A DNA stretch of 64,000 nucleotides from contig UQWS01000007.1 of assembly GCA_900544875.1 (NCBI GenBank), forward strand, positions 26,580 to 90,579, given 5' to 3'. Below the pieces are notes generated by a model. The model was not told the origin of the DNA. It worked only from the letters and a program-made list of their open reading frames with translations, and did not search any database. Within the stretch, counting starts at the first letter, position 1; each line of letters opens with the position of its first letter. This document shows positions 60,201 through 64,000 of this stretch, piece by piece. The translations under genes were made by a program, and so were the position numbers. The DNA is from an uncultured Collinsella sp. Lineage in GTDB: Bacteria > Actinomycetota > Coriobacteriia > Coriobacteriales > Coriobacteriaceae.

Positions 60201-61346
60201 ATGGACCTTGCTGACATCCGCCAGGCCATCGATGGCATCGACACCACGCTCCTCAACAGCTTTGTCGAGCGCATGGATATTGCCACCGAGGTCGCCAAGT
60301 CAAAAATCGAGATGGGCAAGGCCGTCTTCGACCCCGCCCGCGAGCGCTCCAAGCTCAATAACCTCGCCAGCCGCGCGCCCGAGCGCTACGAGGCCCAGAC
60401 CATCACCCTGTTCCGCCTCCTCATGAGCATGAGCAAGGCCGAGCAGCAGCGCTACATCAACGAGCTCAAGGGCATCACCGTCTCACAAAAGGCACACGCC
60501 ACGGCTGCAGCCTCCGACACGCCCTTCCCTCAAACGGCCACCGTTGCCTGCCAGGGCGTGGAAGGTGCCTATAGCCAGATCGCCGCGTGCAAACTCTTCG
60601 ACGTGCCCGACATCGCGTTTTTCGAGACCTTCGAAGGCGTTATGCGCGCTGTGCGCGACGGCTTCTGCGAGTTTGGCGTGCTGCCCATCGAGAACTCCAC
60701 CGCCGGCTCGGTCAACGCCGTCTACGACCTGCTCGCCCAGTTCGACTTCCACATCGTGCGCTCGCTGCGACTCAAGATCGATCACAACTTACTCGTCAAA
60801 CCCGGCACCAAGCTCGCCGACGTGTGCGAGGTCTACAGCCACGGTCAGGCCATCGCGCAGTGCGCTAGCTTTATCGAGCGCCACGGCCTGCACGCCACCA
60901 AGTACCCAAACACGGCCATGTCGGCCGAAATGGTCGCCAGCTCCGAGCGCACCGATGTTGCTGCCATCGCATCGCGCAGCTGCGCGGAACTCTATGGCCT
61001 GAAGGTGCTGGAACCCAACATCCAGGACTCGGACAACAACTACACGCGCTTTGTCGTCATCAGCCGCGAGCCGCGCGTCTATCCCGGCGCCAACCGCACC
61101 TCGCTCATGATCACCACGGCCAACGAGCCGGGCGCGCTCTATCGCGTACTCGAGCGCTTCTACGCGCTCAACATCAACCTCATCAAGCTCGAGAGCCGCC
61201 CCATCCCCGGACACGATTTTGAGTTTATGTTCTACTTTGACTTGGACTGCCCCTTTGGCAGCAAGGCCCTCGACGACCTGCTCGACTCGATCGACGACGT
61301 ATGCGAGAGTTTCACCTACTTTGGCAGCTACACGGAGGTGCTCTAG
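60201..61346 (+). CDS. pheA: Chorismate mutase / prephenate dehydratase with ACT domain
   Basis: IRQAIDGID, PIENS, NYTRF, KLESRP. Confidence 0.94.
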   Translation: MDLADIRQAIDGIDTTLLNSFVERMDIATEVAKSKIEMGKAVFDPARERSKLNNLASRAPERYEAQTITLFRLLMSMSKAEQQRYINELKGITVSQKAHATAAASDTPFPQTATVACQGVEGAYSQIAACKLFDVPDIAFFETFEGVMRAVRDGFCEFGVLPIENSTAGSVNAVYDLLAQFDFHIVRSLRLKIDHNLLVKPGTKLADVCEVYSHGQAIAQCASFIERHGLHATKYPNTAMSAEMVASSERTDVAAIASRSCAELYGLKVLEPNIQDSDNNYTRFVVISREPRVYPGANRTSLMITTANEPGALYRVLERFYALNINLIKLESRPIPGHDFEFMFYFDLDCPFGSKALDDLLDSIDDVCESFTYFGSYTEVL

Positions 61347-62597
61347 ATGACCGATACCGCCGCAACCCGCCCCTACGGCGTGCTGGGCCGCGTGCTGGGC
61401 CACAGCTACACCCCGACCATCTACAAGGAGCTCGCAGGCCTGGAGTATGTGCGTTTTGAGCGTGAGCCCGAGGATCTCGAGGCTTTTATGACGGGCGATG
61501 AATGGGAAGGCACCAACGTGACCATCCCCTACAAGCGCGCCGTCATGGAATACCTGAACGAGCTGAGCCCGCTGGCCGAGCGCATGGGCAACGTCAACAC
61601 CATCACACGCCTGCCTGACGGTCGCCTGCGTGGCGACAATACCGACTACTTTGGTTTTCAATGCCTGATCGAGGAGCTGGGCGTAGAGGTTGCCGGCAAG
61701 AAGGTCCTCGTGCTCGGTGCTACCGGCGGCGCGGGCACCACGGCCAGTATGGTGCTCGGAGATCTGGGCGCCATCGTCGTACCCGTGGGTCGCACGAGCG
61801 AGGTCAACTACGGCAACATCGCGCAGCAATCCGATGCGGCACTGCTCGTCAACTGCACGCCTACAGGCATGTTCCCCCACTGCCCCGACGCTCCCTGCAC
61901 GCTCGAAGGACTCGATGCGCTCGAGGGCGTCATCGACATTGTCTACAACCCCGCCCGCACGGGTCTGATGCTCGAGGCCGAGCGCCGCGGCATCTCCTGC
62001 ATCGGCGGTCTGCTCATGCTTGTTGCCCAGGCAGCACAAGCTGTCGAGCGCTACACCGGCCAAGCAACCCCGCGCGAGCGCATCCTGGATGTGACGCAGC
62101 GTCTGTCCCGCCGCGAGCAGAACATCGCGCTAATCGGCATGCCGGGTTCGGGCAAGACCCGCGTGGGCGAGCAGATTGCCCAGCTCACGGACCGCGAGCA
62201 CATCGACCTCGATCGCGCCCTCGAGGAGCGCCTGGGCATGACCTGCGCCGACTTTATCGTCGAGCGCGGCGAGGCAGCCTTCCGCGAGCAGGAGACGGCG
62301 GAGCTGGCCGACATCTCCAAGCGCAGCGGCCTGGTGCTTTCCACGGGCGGCGGCGTGGTCACACGCGACGAGAACTACCCGCTGCTGCACCAGAACAGCC
62401 AGATCGTGATGCTCAACCGCAAGCTCGACGAACTCGCCCATAGGGGTCGCCCCATCACCGCACGCGATGGCATCGATAAGCTCGCCGAGCAGCGCATGCC
62501 GCGCTACCGCGCCTGGGCCGACTACCTCATCGACTCACGCGACTGCGCCGCCAACACCGCCCGCGCCGTCCTCGACACCCTCCCACCCGCTCTCTAA
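61347..62597 (+). CDS. Shikimate dehydrogenase-shikimate kinase fusion (AroE-AroK)
   Basis: NVTIPYK, NTD, DIVYNP, then GMPGSGKT, FREQE, STGGG. Confidence 0.92.
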   Translation: MTDTAATRPYGVLGRVLGHSYTPTIYKELAGLEYVRFEREPEDLEAFMTGDEWEGTNVTIPYKRAVMEYLNELSPLAERMGNVNTITRLPDGRLRGDNTDYFGFQCLIEELGVEVAGKKVLVLGATGGAGTTASMVLGDLGAIVVPVGRTSEVNYGNIAQQSDAALLVNCTPTGMFPHCPDAPCTLEGLDALEGVIDIVYNPARTGLMLEAERRGISCIGGLLMLVAQAAQAVERYTGQATPRERILDVTQRLSRREQNIALIGMPGSGKTRVGEQIAQLTDREHIDLDRALEERLGMTCADFIVERGEAAFREQETAELADISKRSGLVLSTGGGVVTRDENYPLLHQNSQIVMLNRKLDELAHRGRPITARDGIDKLAEQRMPRYRAWADYLIDSRDCAANTARAVLDTLPPAL

Positions 62598-62598
62598 C

Positions 62599-62641
62599 AA
62601 AAACCACCACAAAGGGGACAGGCACCTTTGTGGTGGTTTTT
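62599..62641. repeat. 17-bp perfect hairpin with GGGGACAGGCACC core; may also terminate transcription
   Basis: aaaaaccaccacaaagg-ggacaggca-cctttgtggtggttttt. Confidence 0.85.
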
Positions 62642-62682
62642 CATTCCGCCTCACCGCCCGCCCAACCACAAAGGAAGCAGCC

Positions 62683-63120
62683 ATGAAAGCACTCGTCATC
62701 AACGGCCCCAACCTCAACATGCTCGGTATTCGCGAGCCAGGCATCTACGGCAGCGACAACTACGACCGCCTGGTCCAGATTTGTCAGGAGTCGGGCGCCG
62801 CACAGGGCTTTGACGAGGTCGAGGTCTTCCAGTCCAACCACGAGGGCAGCATCGTCGACAAAATCCAGGAGGCCTATGGCAAGGTCGACGGCATCGTCAT
62901 CAACCCGGCGGCCTATACGCACACCAGCGTGGCCATCCTGGACGCGCTCAAGGCCGTCGCCATCCCCGCCGTTGAGGTCCACATTAGCGCCGTCGAAACA
63001 CGCGAGGACTTCCGCCAGGTGAGCTACGCGCGCTTGGCCTGCTTCGCCACCATCACCGGCGAAGGCCTCCAGGGCTACGCCCACGCGCTGGAGCTGCTGA
63101 AAGTGCATCTGCTACACTAA
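62683..63120 (+). CDS. aroQ: Type II 3-dehydroquinate dehydratase
   Basis: INGPNLNMLG.REP, QSNHEG, NPAAYTHTS, EVHIS. Confidence 0.97.
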   Translation: MKALVINGPNLNMLGIREPGIYGSDNYDRLVQICQESGAAQGFDEVEVFQSNHEGSIVDKIQEAYGKVDGIVINPAAYTHTSVAILDALKAVAIPAVEVHISAVETREDFRQVSYARLACFATITGEGLQGYAHALELLKVHLLH

Positions 63121-63125
63121 TCTAT

Positions 63126-63154
63126 GGGACAAATGAGTCAGATGCGTTTGTCCC
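63126..63154. repeat. Short GGGAC...GTCCC inverted repeat
   Basis: gggacaaa-13 nt-tttgtccc. Confidence 0.65.
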
Positions 63155-63198
63155 TAAACTAAAGTAACTGTCCAATCGACATACAAAGGAGCATATCC

Positions 63199-64000
63199 AT
63201 GTCCCAGTACGATTACCTCGTTGTCGGCGCCGGCCTTTCGGGCGCTGTCTTTGCCAATGCCGCCAAGCGCGCCGGCAAGTCGGTCCTAGTCATCGATCGC
63301 CGCGACCACATCGCCGGCAACATCTACACCGAGGACGTCGAGGGCATCCAGGTCCACCGCTACGGCGCGCATATCTTCCACACCTCCATGAAGGACGTCT
63401 GGGACTACGTCAACCGCTTCGCCGAGTTCAACAACTACGTCAACTCGCCGGTAGCCAACTTCCACGGCAACATGTACAACATGCCCTTCAACATGAACAC
63501 CTTCGCCAAGATGTGGCCCGGCGTCGTCACGCCGGCGGACGCCCGCGCCAAGATCGCCGAGCAGGTGGCCGCCGAGAACATCGGCGAGCCGCAGAACCTC
63601 GAGGAGCAGGCGCTGTCGCTCGTCGGCCGCGACATCTTCGAGACGCTCGTGAAGGGCTATACCGAGAAGCAGTGGGGCCGCGACTGCCGCGACCTGCCCG
63701 CGAGCATCATCAAGCGCCTCCCTTGCCGCTTTACCTACGACAACAACTACTTCAACGACCGCTACCAGGGCATCCCCATGGGCGGCTACACCAAGATGGT
63801 CGCCAACATGCTTGAGGGCATCGAGGTGCGCTGCGGCGTGGAGTACAAGGAGCTGATCGCCGCCGAGCCCGATATCGCCGCCAAGACGATCTACTGCGGC
63901 CCCATCGACGCGTTCTACGACTTTAAGCTGGGCACGCTCGAGTACCGCAGCCTGCGCTTTGAGACCGAGACGCTCGACGAGCAGGACCACCAGGGCGTGG
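63199..64000 (+). CDS. glf: UDP-galactopyranose mutase (partial, runs off window)
   Basis: YDYLVVGAGLSG, HRYGAHIFHT, GYTEKQWG, YQGIP, LEYRSL; not in the ORF track because it has no stop inside the window. Confidence 0.95.
   Translation, partial: MSQYDYLVVGAGLSGAVFANAAKRAGKSVLVIDRRDHIAGNIYTEDVEGIQVHRYGAHIFHTSMKDVWDYVNRFAEFNNYVNSPVANFHGNMYNMPFNMNTFAKMWPGVVTPADARAKIAEQVAAENIGEPQNLEEQALSLVGRDIFETLVKGYTEKQWGRDCRDLPASIIKRLPCRFTYDNNYFNDRYQGIPMGGYTKMVANMLEGIEVRCGVEYKELIAAEPDIAAKTIYCGPIDAFYDFKLGTLEYRSLRFETETLDEQDHQGV

Overview
GC-rich bacterial chromosomal segment, mostly housekeeping genes. The gene set and order suggest a gut Coriobacteriia genome, possibly Collinsella-like (inference only, no database search). 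From left to right it holds: the pyrR-pyrB start with a complete attenuator leader; rpmB; an HUH/Y1 (RAYT-like) transposase inside 49-bp inverted repeats; adhE plus an APH-like kinase; and a long minus-strand run. That run is proS-ispG-rseP-dxr-cdsA-uppS-frr-pyrH-tsf-rpsB, xerC-trmFO-dprA-comM-yraN-rnhB-rplS, ppdK-PSRP-glyS-glyQ, lepB-trmD-rimM-khpA-rpsP, (dinB on +), rsfS-yqeK-nadD-obg-rpmA-rplU, a radical SAM pair, rodA-pbp2-mreDCB, TPR/cyclophilin/Zn-ribbon genes and a P-type ATPase. The window ends with tRNA-Arg(CCG), a complete shikimate/Phe/Tyr operon and the start of glf. The best candidate for an undescribed system is the RAYT-like transposase together with dispersed hairpins that keep GGGAC(A/G)G in the loop while their stems are unrelated; these include a perfect nested 36-bp palindrome at 26463-26542. 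Other oddities are a winged-helix-like insert in RseP, a probable ATA start for xerC, a PQGL motif in the P-type ATPase, and candidate regulatory RNAs. All protein calls come from motif recognition by eye.
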